Position numbers and translations under genes: made by a program
In this document: piece by piece, positions 33,783 through 47,135 of the stretch
How positions within the stretch are numbered: the stretch's first letter is position 1
Layout of the letters: every line of letters begins with the position of its first letter
Source: Tubulanus polymorphus
Lineage: Eukaryota > Animalia > Nemertea
Length of the DNA stretch: 64,000 nt
Reading direction: 5' to 3'
NCBI RefSeq assembly: GCF_964204645.1
Contig: NC_134028.1
Coordinates: 1,674,001 to 1,738,000, forward strand
Notes under the pieces: model-generated
What the model was told of the DNA's origin: nothing
The model's database searches: none
The model's input: the letters and a program-made list of their open reading frames with translations, nothing else

Positions 33783-36424
33783 TTAATTGCGCCATCGGCG
33801 AAGGCGACGCCACCTAGCGAGCTCTGCTCGTTCAATATTTGCTGCGTAACAACATTTGTGAAAATCATTTGGTCGATGTTTGACGCATCTGCCGAATTGA
33901 TGACGAATTTCTTTACCGTAGTCAATAGATTCTAATCTGGGCATTCTGCGGTTCTGTGCACGATTGTTGTTTCGGGAGTCGATCGATGCGGCATAAAACT
34001 GCGCCATACAGTGGAAGCCTTTGTCGCCTGCCAATCTGCCAAGCATGCAACAAGACCAGTGTCTGCGGTCCACGTCTAAAATCATGACAAAAATAGAAGA
34101 AATATTTTAAGTAAAGCGTGGAATGACTTTTTCGATCGTTTATCGTGTACAGAATTTTTATGTTATGTTAATTATTATATAAAAAACACAAAATCCGGTT
34201 TATTATTTTGATAATAATAAAAAACTTGGAATCGCATAAAAGAAGATCATTTTATGAGTTCAGAGAATTTTAAAGCGCGTAGTACTTTTTCGACAGGACA
34301 AACAAGGTCTCCGCAGGGGCTGACGACTGAACTTTTTCATATTCCGGTCAAAAGCTCTTCGAGGGCCTGATGATTCATGTTATACAACTTTTAATAACCC
34401 TCGTACGATTGTTATAGTTTACAACATAGATTATATTTAGAATAGTGTTGGTATTTCTCAATTCTTTAAACGAGATTTACTAAAACATTCAATTATGAGC
34501 GGTGAAAAGAGAGCAATAAGTGACACTGTTTTGTAAGTAAGTCGTGAGAATGGCGTGATGAGGGCATGGCGTGATATCCTTCGTTGATTCACTGTGACTT
34601 GTTCAACTTCTGCCCATGATTTATTATACGTTGAATATAATATCTCTATGTGAAACAGAAGTCTTTGTAACGGTTAGCGAAACGATTCGTATTTGTATAC
34701 AAAAGATAACATCAAAACTAATTAATAACTTCAGAAAAATAAGACAGATTTAGCACCGACGATATTTCGTATTATAATGATCACTATGTTTTAAAAGCCT
34801 AGTTTACCCAATAAAATTTAGATCGAAGAAGATTCTGACACACAATTTCCATTCATTGCGATGTTGAGTAAATAATGAACGTTTCGGTCACTTTAAAGGT
34901 CGTTGGCCTACAAGGCATTGTTTTCCTGCATAAAAGTTTATAAATAAGGGTAATAAATGCCGTATATAGGACTGACATAGAATACATATATTCATATGAT
35001 TTCCAAACGAAGACTTGGACATGCGACAATGTTTCTCGCATGAGGAATGAAATGTAGCGACCAGAGTTGATAAAATCACTATTATCAACGATGTAATTTG
35101 ATATTGTGAAATCAAATCGAATCTAGTAATGTAATGTATTTGCAAATATGTTTATTCTTACATATCAAATAGTTTAATCTTATCACCTTTATTCACTATA
35201 CGCGTATATGGAAAACATCAAACATTTTTATGTCTGATGCCGGAGAACTATCGGGGGAGTATCAGAGCGGATGTTTATTACCTCTGAAATATCCAATAAT
35301 ATCAGATGAAGTAACTGGAGCGGGTACGAGTTGTGAAACGTTCCTCGGTTTCTGATTGTTCGTAGCCCGTGAAGAATGAGGTCGTGGTCTCGTCGATTGC
35401 TCCCCGAATAACTCGTCCCCAAGTTCCATCAAGTAATCTGCAATTAGAAAATCATTTAAAACCAATTATATTTTTACTATGAAAATATGTGTAAAAGATA
35501 ATGTTGAATTGGGCACAGTGTATATTTTCTGTATAAGCACAGATGTTTCGGCCTGGATATTCGAAGGTTATTCGCAATGGGCACACCTCTCAGTTTCATC
35601 TATGCCTGGCTGCAGAATAAATGAATAATTCATCTCGGACAATAAATTTACGATATATCCCGGTACATAATGTTCATGTATAGAATGTATACGTGTTAAA
35701 AGTGCTGTTCTATGGCTAATAATCGAGCTATTTTGTAAAAAGGAGTCCACGACGACTTGCTGAGTGGGTTTTAGGTATATTGGCAACTAATACCCGCATT
35801 AGTACAGGCGTACGGAACCATTTAAAAAATTTTGATACCCCTTGTAGTGTAGGCTATATAAATGTATTTGAATAATGAGGAGATCACGCAATAGGATATT
35901 CTTTTTAAGAAGTCGAAAGAGCTCCTGTACATGCGTCAGGCTACGAACTAGAATTCTTACACAACCAAGTATCATGTAACATCTATAATGAATGGTAGTA
36001 AATCTCGCCTAACACTGACGTGGTCAACTTAAAGTCCGACAAAAACGAAATGATTTTCTGACCTACGAACGTATTTTCCGATCCTTATCTCGGATCAGCT
36101 TTGCCTATTTGGTTCAATTAGGCGGGGTTTACTGCAGTCCAAAAGGGTAGAGAGGTAACATCATGTAGGATAGTATAGATCAGACATTTTTTTATGAATT
36201 GTGTCTTTACCTGATTTTAACGGTATTTTTTTAAATTTCCTTATTTCAATCACCAGTTATCGTTTAGGTAATATTAATGCAATTATGAAAAACTTTTTCA
36301 AAAAGAACTTACCGGTGAAATGCTCGTACCGTATTTCCCTCGAATCCGGCCGAATCGCGTGCGACGCCCAAAAACTACCAAAAACCATCGCCAGCAAAAC
36401 AATTGTTCTTAGACAATGCATCAT
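33783..36424 (-). CDS. Uncharacterised secreted ~186-aa protein with a single anaphylatoxin-like (CC-C-C-CC) domain; 3 coding exons
   Basis: Exon 36424-36313: MMHCLRTIVLLAMVFGSFWASHA-IRPDSREIRYEHFT, ending g|gtaagt. Exon 35437-35282 (ttgcag|...g|gtaat): DYLMELGDELFGEQ...DIIGYFR. Exon 34075-33783 (ttttag|): DVDRRHWSCCMLGRLAGDKGFHC...RCVKHRPNDFHKCCYAANIERAELARWRRLRRWRN*. Both introns are phase 1, GT-AG, and give an open frame. Confidence 0.85.
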
Positions 36425-38139
36425 CGCTAACTGTGCGCCAACAGATTAGACAAAATATATGTATGATGCTAATGTAGGCTACTAAAGTATGCGTTGATTA
36501 ATGATTTCCGTGGAACACGACACGTAGAATATGAACTATATGATTTGTTTGCAAGTCGTTCGCTGATAGGGTCTCATATTTGAACAAAGGCAATCTATTT
36601 CCTGTCTTTCATACGCGCTAAAAGACCTGCAGGTACTTGAGCCACTTTCTTGTAAGTAACGAACGCCATGCGCGCCCGTCCAATGAGAATATCTGGATTC
36701 GAATCCAAACCTTGATACGAACACGTACTCGAATAGGGACATTCACGGTTTTTGCGTAGTTCGTAAAAATAAAATATACAATGAACTGATCAGTTAACAT
36801 TGCACCATCGATATCAATCATTGAATTGACTGGCAATTTCATACATTATGCAACTCTGTATCAGTCAGAATACTCTTTGTACTCGTAAAAAGGTTTTTGT
36901 ACGGAGTCCTTATCCGAGGATTGATTGATTAATAGTTTGATTCTGTAACTTAAGCTACTTTTCCAGAGGTTGATAAACTAAAAACATATAGGATACTTTT
37001 CATTTAAATCAATCATTGATTCATTTTCATGTATTAACACGGTACAAACGTGAATGTGATGAACTGTATACATGTTTATGTTTAACACGTAGATAATTAT
37101 ATATTTCACTTCAAATATTTATGTTTCATTTACATTAGTTATTAATTCACCACATTTAATTACAGCATAGTGTATAGTTGTGTCAATTTCTGAGGCAAAG
37201 GGCGCATAACCGTCAGCATATGCATATAAATACAAATATGTTTTTTCTCTCTGATTCTAGAAGCCATTTCATTTGATAATCGCCTAGAAACCTGGTATAT
37301 TCATTCGTTCATTTATCTAGAATTCGTTTTATTCATTTTCCGCATCGGGTCATTGGCACATCTGTCGCCACTGTAGAAGCGATAGCTAACAATGTTTTTT
37401 GATCCACCGCTGTATCGTAACTACCTTAACAAGCGTGTGATTTTCACATTATGCATGCAGCATAAAAATATAAATGAAATCAACTCAATCGACCAAAAAC
37501 TTTTGCTTCGATCGATGTTTCTTTATGTTTCTTTCCAGGCGGCATTTTGAAAGGAAAGACAGAAACGGGCTTTTCAACAACAACAACAAAAACACAAGAA
37601 TTAGATAACTGCTAGATATATTGTCCTACTCAATATCAAAATATCTATACAAAGCAAAAACAAACATCTTTAAAATTTCAGATTGGTATTCACCATCAGG
37701 TTCCTGTGGCCTACACTGTATAAATTGATATCGATATTGTCGAATCTTGGAATAATCATTCAAATGATTACTCCAAGGTCGAATTAAGATCTAATGTTTT
37801 CATTTTTTATTGTTTATCAAATTTGGAAATAAAAACACACATTTAAAACCCCTGAGAGACTGATTCTAAGCCCACAATTCTACCGTGATGCCATCATGAT
37901 AATCGAGAAGTTACGTTGGCCAAATTTAGCCAACAAATCGTGTCATACACGAGAAGGATTTGATTCCGGTATCAACATTCGACCGCCCCCAACATCAGCA
38001 ACAACTATGATGGAGAGGAAAATAGCTGGCGCGTAGTGACGTTTTTATGAATGAGAATGTAGTTTTGACGTCATAATGACGGCGATGATAGTCGCCGCGT
38101 GCAAATGGCTACAAAGATAATACACCGACCGCCACACGG

Positions 38140-38298
38140 AGCAGTTCGCATACACAGCCGCACTGGTTCAACAGCAGCGAGCGCTGATCGCCCCTGTCTC
38201 CGTAGTCGTCGTGATCGCCGCCGCCGTCGCCGTCGCCGTCGTAAGATTTGCCTTGTTTCACCAAATCTTCATATTTCGAAATCTTTTAGAAAAAAAAG
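38140..38298 (+). other. Probable non-coding first exon of the dimmed gene
   Basis: GC-rich block with a (CGC/CGT)n tract ending in a strong donor AAG|GTAAGC at 38299. The dimmed ATG is preceded directly by a strong acceptor (tttttttag at ~42864). The 5' boundary is approximate. Confidence 0.5.
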
Positions 38299-41054
38299 GT
38301 AAGCAGTTCGTATAATTTTGCTGTCGTTTTTATTCATTCGTGTGTAAGTTAAATGAGAAAATGCATTCAAATTCAAGTGTAGAGAATGTTCTGATTACTG
38401 AATGTGTTGTACATTAAATCGATTCTCGTGTGCTGCAATCGTCATGCTGATGGCCGTTCACAGCGACGATGGTAGATGCAAGTCGCCAATTATACATCAC
38501 TACAGAACACTGAGCAGCTACAGCTAAGAATTCTAAATCTAACGGTTAAGGTGGACACACCTTTTTACCAGGAAACGGGAGAAAATAGAAAAGGGGAATG
38601 ATACGAGATCGCGTGGTTTGGAGACCACGCAGGTAATAATGGGAAATGTTTTTCTCGTAATTGCTCTGATGCTGAGAGAAAACCATCAACATCAAGTTTG
38701 AATATTCGCTTCTAAATGCCAGATATTCATGTAAAATGAGGAGGTATTACGGTGGATATGTACTGCGCGGTCGTGATCGATGAACGCTGTGAAGTTGAAT
38801 ATGAAATCCGGAAATCTATTTCTGCATGCATAATTTGATTTTATTCCCTATCGAAATTATGAATGAATCAATGGATCAATTGTCACACACAACCAATTTT
38901 GTTTCAAATAGCATTATAGAAAACTGTTTTATTTAGCCGGCATTTTAGAACAGAACAACATTTGCCATTACCGGATTGGCGTTCTGACATCAGGGCCAAG
39001 ATCCCCACTTTTGTTCATTGAGAGAGACTTCTTCCGCTCTTATTTCCGACCCTTATTTTAAGGCATGATAACTGAAGATGTAAAACATTTTTCTATCTTA
39101 GTTGATTTGTAATTCGGTAAACTGTACTCTCAAAATGTGCCATATTATATAGGAACCCCAGTAACATTTTACACTCCTTTCGCATATCATACGTACATTC
39201 TTCACCTCCTTAACCGTTCGCAGATTTCTGAAACAAATAAAACGCTGTAAATCATCATTGTGAACAAAAAAAAATATTCGTTGCCGGTATGCATATAATA
39301 TAGGCAATATCGTAATCAATAAATGTTCGCATATTTACATACTAGTCTGTGTGACTATATGTGAGATTATTCGATCCACACCTGCCGGTGTAGTACGAAA
39401 CACCTGCATTTTTGACACGATAGATTGAATTCAAAATGGTACATCTTGTATTATATATGTATATACTATAAATACTAAGGCCCCAAATCCCAACTGATGC
39501 ATTTTAATGATCTGACACGTCGACGACGGTCGCCATATTGCACCGAAACCCGAATTTAACCTGAAATGATAAATGGAAATGCGCGAAAGCTATTTTCTCC
39601 TATAATCAACCGGAAGTGCTGAAATGCGTTTAGTCGTTTCATTTAGCGAACGTAAGGAGAATGGTAAAATGTGAAGAAATGTATGCAACTTTTTAACACT
39701 GGATTTACGTATTAAGAAGGCCAGGAAAAAATTATTTATTCCATCAATTAATACAAAAAATAGATTTGAATAAACGTAATCAATTCCGATGCGGGAAATG
39801 CATGTCGATGCGTGATGTGATAAAATGCTTGGATATTTTTGAAACTATTTATTAATCTTAATTGAGACCGTTCTAATTAATAACGTATAGTTGGAACGTG
39901 GCTCAGTTCCACAAAAATCTGAATTAGATTTGGCAAGCGAAAATTGAAATTGGTAAATTGAAAATTCAACGCCACGGAGTTCTGTAAACCCGTAAATGAA
40001 TTATTTTATTACAGCGATCAAATACCGTGGAGAAGAATAAAGCCTCTACGTATGAATAGATATATAGATTAATTATTACTAAATAACAATCGGATTAGGT
40101 TACAACTGCATTAAACAGCTGGTATTTGCGCAGGACTTTCAGATGATTGATTGGAAACGATGGACCAACACAGGTGATGATGGGTTTCGGTTTGAAATTT
40201 CCGTTAAAAATCATTCAAACTGCATAAAATATGCCTATAAGACCATGTTGTTGAGCCCTATATGATATGTATGTATATACATATCAGAAATTCGACGCAT
40301 AATTCAAAATCTACAAAAATCATGGCTTTTGTCGATATACGGTAAACTAAGACAATGTAAAGCTGACGCCAGTTAGCGGACCGGTGCACTCTGATGCACG
40401 GTCTCAGAACACGTGCATATGTCTACATTTAGGCATTTCCGCATTTGTAGTTTTGATTCGTATCCCGTCCAGTTGTTCATTTGTCACCATCCAACCCCCA
40501 AGAGTGACAAAGAATTAACATGTGCTAGCTTGTTTCTGCACCGGTTAATATGTCATCTGTCAACAGCGGTCCCATTGTTTTTTTTTTGGGGGGGGGGATG
40601 AGGGTTCACGGGTACGCTATTTTCAATCGCGCCAATCTAGTTAATTGAAATCGTTATCGTTCGATTTTGCAAGAAGTATTCCGCATCGTTTTTCATCGTT
40701 CTTGTTGGATTGCTCTTCGTCAATACAACAATTGCAGATATTCATAGTGTAATCAATACACATAACGCAACATCTGTTCAAATGAGTAGGTTATAGAATA
40801 TAATATGTCAGCATCCGAATGATCACTCTCACTCTCTAAGTCCATTGATAATTGAATGTTAAGCATTCATTGAACGGCCAAATGTGATACATATAACACG
40901 TTCATTAGTAGTAAATTTAAGTTGATTTTTACAGATATCACTTTCGCAGTTTACATGATGTATGTGCACATGTTGTCGGAAACGATTCCAACAAAACACC
41001 GCAAAACAAAGCATTAAAGTTTCCGCTTAAGCGGACGAACAATATTTACAAATG

Positions 41055-41234
41055 TGAAGACAAATAGTACTTTGAAGGTTTACTAAATATTCATTGACAG
41101 TAAGAGGTTTAGCTACAATAGTGCATAGTAACATCATCAGGTGTGAGTGATTGAAGCTAGTATGCAGTAGTAGTGAATGCTCAAACTGTCAATGAATATT
41201 TAGTAAACCTAGTTCGAAGTACTTTTTGTCTTCA
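41055..41234. repeat. ~180-bp foldback (long inverted repeat), probable MITE, in the presumed dimmed intron
   Basis: TGAAGACAAATAGTACTTTGAAGGTTTACTAAATATTCATTGACAGT pairs with ACTGTCAATGAATATTTAGTAAACCTAGTTCGAAGTACTTTTTGTCTTCA; inner tgcata/tatgca pairing as well. Confidence 0.85.
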
Positions 41235-42867
41235 AATAAACTAATTTAACAACAGGTTTACACGGCTCGTCCGCTATTCTCCTAAACAATGTTTCTGTTA
41301 GAATGCATGCAGTAAAAATGTTCTTATTCTATCATTAACGAGGTTTTAAGAAATCAAAATCAGAAGGCCATCCCTAACATATATCCCCATTGAAGTATAT
41401 GAAGTCACGTCCCTGATTCACTAAAGATTCAGTGTACATCTGCACATATCTACTACGTGTTGATATATTTCTCGTATCGCGCTGTCGACGCGTTATCGTC
41501 ATTTTCAAAGCCTGTAATAAATAACATTTTGATAGTGATGATTTTATCTATTGATTTTCCGCAACGATTTCTATATAAAATTCAGTGAGATGAATAGATT
41601 TCTCCGGTATAAACAACATGTTGAAATGAGTTTCTATATTCTATATATGTGGATAGGGGAACGAAACTTCGACGTCAATCTATACCAATTATCTTTTCGA
41701 AGGATAACTCTTGTTCGCATGTATGAATAATGATAAGATAATGAAAAACAATTTTTTTCAATTTTCCGAAAAACGAATGCAAAACACACGATAGAAAACA
41801 GTGAAGATGCTGATATGAAATTATGAACGTTCTTCGACTTCCTCGTTTTATTCTGTGAAAAAATTGTGAATATTCAACTAAAAATCTCTATCGCATATTC
41901 CAATAGACAAACGACAGAATGATGAAGTACGAATATCGTATACGTCGTATAGTAGAGTGTCAACGTGGGGGCGTCAGGCATAAGAGTATATAAACAGAAA
42001 CTGTTATTCGAAATGGCAATATTATTTACCATCAATTTCTCGATGAAAATTGGCCTTAATTCGACTGGGAATAACGTGGCACAATGTGGGAGAATGTTGT
42101 GTTGTATTAAGTGACACAAATTAGTTCATTGCGGGGACCATTCTTAAAAACACGTGCATACATCACTTATCATCAGTCTTTGTCCAGGGTTTCAGCGGGG
42201 GTTTCCCGTATGGGCATTCCGAACAACGTCGGGTCGACACGGAGTCGGGCTGGTATTACTATCACTATTCGTGATTTCTAGGCAACTCTTACCCCACGTT
42301 GAAATATGACATATCTCGGCATCTATTGTGTTCAGCTAGAAATAAAAACAAAAGACACTTTCGTGTCACAGACATATGCTGTAGAATTGTATACACTTAA
42401 AACCACCTGTAACTTACTTCAGCGCATTAAGGCAAATACGAAATTCGATATAATCTATGCGTAAAGATTCAATCCGCAAGCAATGACAAACATTTGTTTC
42501 TGCCTCTGAATCGTTTGGGAATCTCAACTATATAAAGAAACATTATAACATTAGCTTTATCTAATTGAAATGAGTATTTGTATAAGGTTTCAATGTCTGC
42601 CCTACCGCCTCCAACCATATTATAGTGTGTATATATAGAATTTTCAATCTATATTTATACAAAAGAATTTTGTAAGGGTTCTGCTCAACGTCTCTTTCGA
42701 TCATTTTTTGCCGGTAGTATTAGACGTGTGCAGGGTTTTTTGTCGACACATGGTTCAGCATTAACCCTTTAACATGCGATCCCGAACCAACTAAGTAAAC
42801 AAATTTGTCGTTCGAACAGACACAATGAAACTGAAACGATGACTTTTATTTTTATTTTTTTTAGATC

Positions 42868-43434
42868 ATGCGACGTTCCGCTTTCAATATTGAATCACCG
42901 TTCGACTTTGATGTTTCGACCGGTGTTGATGCATCGGCATCGATGTGGGACGTGGTTCCGTCATCGAACTGCTCCGACACCAGTTCGAATAGGCGAAAGA
43001 GGGATGCTTCCGAGAGCGACGACGATTCGGTCGAATTTCGTAAACCGATGAAGCAAACGAAACGTTCTAAACGTCGCAAAACTGTGAGCGCTCGCGAACG
43101 CAACATGCGACGCATCGAAAGCAATGAACGAGAACGCATGCGCATGCATTCGCTGAACGATGCCTTCCAAGGTTTACGCGAAGTTATACCGCATATGAGT
43201 ATGGGTCGGAAACTATCCAAAATAGAGACACTAACCTTAGCGAAGAATTACATCAAAGCATTGACGAATGTTATATGCGACATGAGGGGTGAGGACCGTC
43301 GCTTCAATTTCGACGAGGAGATAGGCGACGAGGATGACGCGGACGCCGATGGACAATTATCAGATCTACCAGATACAGAAGCAAGCACGGAAATCGTGCA
43401 TACATATACCGACAATTTGATAACGACCGCCTAA
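42868..43434 (+). CDS. dimm: Dimmed / Mist1 (BHLHA15)-like bHLH transcription factor
   Basis: [29 protein letters not shown]...[19 protein letters not shown] is the diagnostic Mist/dimmed bHLH. Single coding exon with an acceptor 3 nt before the ATG. Confidence 0.92.
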   Translation: MRRSAFNIESPFDFDVSTGVDASASMWDVVPSSNCSDTSSNRRKRDASESDDDSVEFRKPMKQTKRSKRRKTVSARERNMRRIESNERERMRMHSLNDAFQGLREVIPHMSMGRKLSKIETLTLAKNYIKALTNVICDMRGEDRRFNFDEEIGDEDDADADGQLSDLPDTEASTEIVHTYTDNLITTA

Positions 43435-45650
43435 TGGACTGTGCATAATTCGGAAACACGTATAGCAAGCGATAAGCCTTTTGAAATGCAAATATGACTT
43501 TCTGCAATTTTCAGAACATATGTGCATCGTATTTTTGGTTTTTACCGGATTTAGTGCATCGACCTCGCCGGACAAACACCGACATGTTATTTAATGAACG
43601 CACCAGCGAACAGGGCTGGCTACGATTGATAGCTGCGAAACGAAAAGAAAATATTCGATGAACTTTAAAGCGACAAATATGATATTTATGAAGTCAAAGA
43701 AGAACTGTGATTATTATGATAAGTGTCAGAGGCCTAGTGAAGAAAAAACAGATTTATTTTTGTCCATCATATGCTATTTATAAACGGGTTGGTAGGTGGA
43801 AGAGCCACATAATTATGTAATTCAATAAGTATTTCATCCCAACATCAACATCAAAGCTTTGGGTTTATAGGTTGTAAATATGCGTAGATACATTTAATCG
43901 ATTGATTAAAGATATTGGGTTTGGGGAGATTTGAACGCAGTTAACATCAGCTCATTCAATTATTTCATGTCTTCTATCTCATATATATATATATATATAT
44001 TAATATACATATACAAAAACAATTATTCTATATATCATATGCATGGTCAGGGATATCGGGATTTTTATTCAAAAAGATATTTTCTCACTTCCTTTAGAGA
44101 CTATTTTAGATAACATGAAATTGAAACCTCCTCGACAAAAGATACTTCCCAAATATTGATATAAGAGAGATAGTAGCACTCGACAAACCATTTGCATTTA
44201 CAACCCATAAAATGGGGTGCTCGATTTGGAGCATAAAGGTTTATTGGTGATTGAAAATAGCATACAATATGATGACTTTTATTATCAGAAGTTTTGGATT
44301 AAGATTACACAACACGTCCGCCATTATTGGAAACAAGAAGGAGCGATTTAGTTGTTATTAATTGATCTTTATAAAACTGTACAGAACCGTACGACTCTAA
44401 ATGACAGTAGTCGCATCTCAAAATTCATACAAACGATATTCTGAGACTAGAACATGACATTTAGTCAGATTTCTCCACGAAGGTCTTGGATGCGCGTGGT
44501 GACATTCAATTTTGCTCTTTCGAATCGATTATAACGTTGACATTATCAAAATCATTACGAAAAGTTAATCTATAATCACCTAATTTTGAGATAGCAACTG
44601 TATGTTTTTGATTGAGCTCGAAATAACGAAGAAGCGATCTTAACGAATAGAGTTGAAATCGTTTACCGGTAGGGATGATTTCAGATAGATCCGATAGCTC
44701 TGAAGGCCATAAACCTCAGAATTGAACATAAGTAATTTCTGCTGCCTATAGCAACTTAAAATGCCATATATATTAAAACAAAACAGTATATTGATAAAAT
44801 GTTATTTTTTATAAGAGATATTGAATGAGTAAAAAATGGTTTTTGTATGATATTGCTGGCATCATACATCGAGTCCAGACAATCAGGCAAAGTGTTCCAT
44901 GAATTACGTATAAGGTATGCTAAAAGCCCTGCTAAAATATTTTTTTAAAGTATATTTTACTGACTGCATAGTTCTCGGAACTGGAGATTTTCCCTTAAGT
45001 TTTCAGAATACATTCGAATACATTTTCGAGGCTTAAGGTCTCGTCAAATTTCCGTCTCTATAAAAAAAAGCCATCTCGTTTTCCAGTTACTCCTCGCAAT
45101 CTGTGCATGATTGTTTTGAAAATTCTCATATATAGATATACTCTATAGACACTTTGATAGTAGATGATATACTCTCTGAAATGGCTAAACCTTTACATTC
45201 TTCATCTTGTGAAACGTACGTATAAAATATACATATATATCCTAAGACATTCTATTTTAGTGTAACGTGTTTCGTCGGGTGGTGGGTGGACTCCGTGTTA
45301 CTGTCAAATCGTATAAGGTTTCAGCATTCTTAAGAATACAAAATATATTTTATTGGACTTAGATGTATTGATTGTATGTTTGTATACGTTATTATTGTTC
45401 TTCCACAATCAGCGCCATTTTCATTTACGAAATTCTCATTTTTACCGACCATGATTACGTAACGTGTATTTTGTAAGAGACATTTTAACCTGATATTTTC
45501 AACAATTGGTTATTTTTATCATTTTTTTTCAGTGACCAAATATACCTGAAACAGAAATATACATTATAGGAATGAATTTTATACGTGTTTTGATTTCTAT
45601 GATCATAAAATAATTAACACAGGCGCGGGTGGACGTGTAAAACCATGTTA

Positions 45651-45871
45651 GGCTAAACAAAAATGATACCTTGTTTCTCCGCAGCGGCCGGGTCATTTTT
45701 GTAAAATATGATAAAATTTATAAACAGTTCATTTCTATAGCGGCCGGGTCTGTTATGGTGAAATTGATCACGATTTTAAAAAAAGTAATGTATAGGGTAG
45801 ATAGGCGGCCGGCCGGGTCAACATTTAAGCTCAGCAGAGCGGAGAAATAAGGTATCAATTTTTTTTTAGCC
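45651..45871 (+). mobile_element. PIF/Harbinger-type MITE family A, full copy
   Basis: TTA target duplication at 45648-45650 and 45872-45874; ~30-bp TIRs GGCTAAACAAAAATGATACCTTGTTTCTCCGC / GCGGAGAAATAAGGTATCAATTTTTTTTTAGCC. Confidence 0.9.
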
Positions 45872-46879
45872 TTATAATCGGATTCGGTTTGAGACCCGAT
45901 AATTGACATGTAAGCGCAATACAGGTTGTAACTCCATCCGTTCCTGTCTATTTTCCGCGCACACACATACCACGTACAGTTTGATTATATCGGTCAGTAC
46001 CAATTAATTCAAAATAATTAGCAGTAGTTTATCCAACCAGATATTTGCTGCACGAATCTTAGGTCAAATAGATGCAACTTTGATTATCATGAAAATTTAA
46101 TTTTCGCCGCTACCGAGTATTGCTGTATGTAAAGCCAATCCTTGTTTATAATCCTGATCGAAGAGAGAATGAATGACCTGTTACTTATTGAATATTCTAG
46201 CGAGTATAAACCGGTGGGTGGAATATGCCCGGTGTTTCGTGTAGCTGTAACTAAACGTCATCAATGCAAACAGATATTATCATCATATATTGTTAAAATA
46301 TAAAAAATGATTTACTGGTATAAATCTCACCCGTTTACCGTCTATGTGTATGTACACTATTTATTAAGCATGGATCATTATTCAACTTATTGATTGTTCC
46401 TGGTGTTAATTCTGAATTATGATTATTATAATTATTATTATTATTATTAATATTATTATAACTATATATATTATATATGTATTGAATTTATGGACGGGAT
46501 ATTTCTTCTTTGTTATGTTTGACAAAGTCTAAAATCGTATTCGAAATACAGATTATTTTTGCGAATTGTTTTGTTGTTCCGTGATCTTTGTTGGACTTAG
46601 GTTGACTGGGATGCCCATCGCTAAAAATATCATCTCGGACAGTGCCACAGTGGATTAGCGCACTCACGATGGCCTCTCATCGACAATCAAATACAGCCTT
46701 ACAGCTCATTGAGTGAAGTGTTGACATAAAAATGTTGTCGGGAAACTATATGTTGAGTTGAAGGATACATGAATAAAAAGTGTAATTATCATTTTGTGAA
46801 ATTAAATGACGTTTTTCCATAGAAATATTCCCCTAAACGCGCTATCACATTAATTCGCTATTACATTAGTTCACAGAAA

Positions 46880-47135
46880 TCGCACCAGGGGACCTATGCA
46901 CTCGGGAACTCTCACCGGTAACATTTACTTGTAACAAGGACTCGGATGACCGAAAACCGGAGTTCTCCAGCGTGAGGCCGCATGCCTGTGTAGACTGGTC
47001 GCCTGTCCAATTCTGCGCCACCTGCATTCGCAGTCAGAATAGCTGAAGGTAGAGTCTAGAATTCGACAGGCAACCAGTCCTCGAACCAAGGTTCGAACCC
47101 CACAAGTAAGTCAATTGAATCATACGCCTAGGTCC
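46880..47135 (-). mobile_element. Possible degenerate tRNA-headed SINE
   Basis: GC-richer island between two convergent 3' ends, with B-box-like GGGGTTCGAACC on the minus strand near 47090-47101. No second copy in the window. Confidence 0.25.

Noticed and set aside
38099-38302. Arg-rich protamine-like ORF
   Set aside because: GTG start, produced by a (CGC/CGT)n tract, and ends at a splice donor; better explained as the dimmed 5' UTR exon.
34990-43780. Several CATATG (Dimmed-type) and other E-boxes around dimmed as an autoregulatory cluster
   Set aside because: CATATG is expected roughly every 3 kb at this AT content; the handful seen is not a clear excess.
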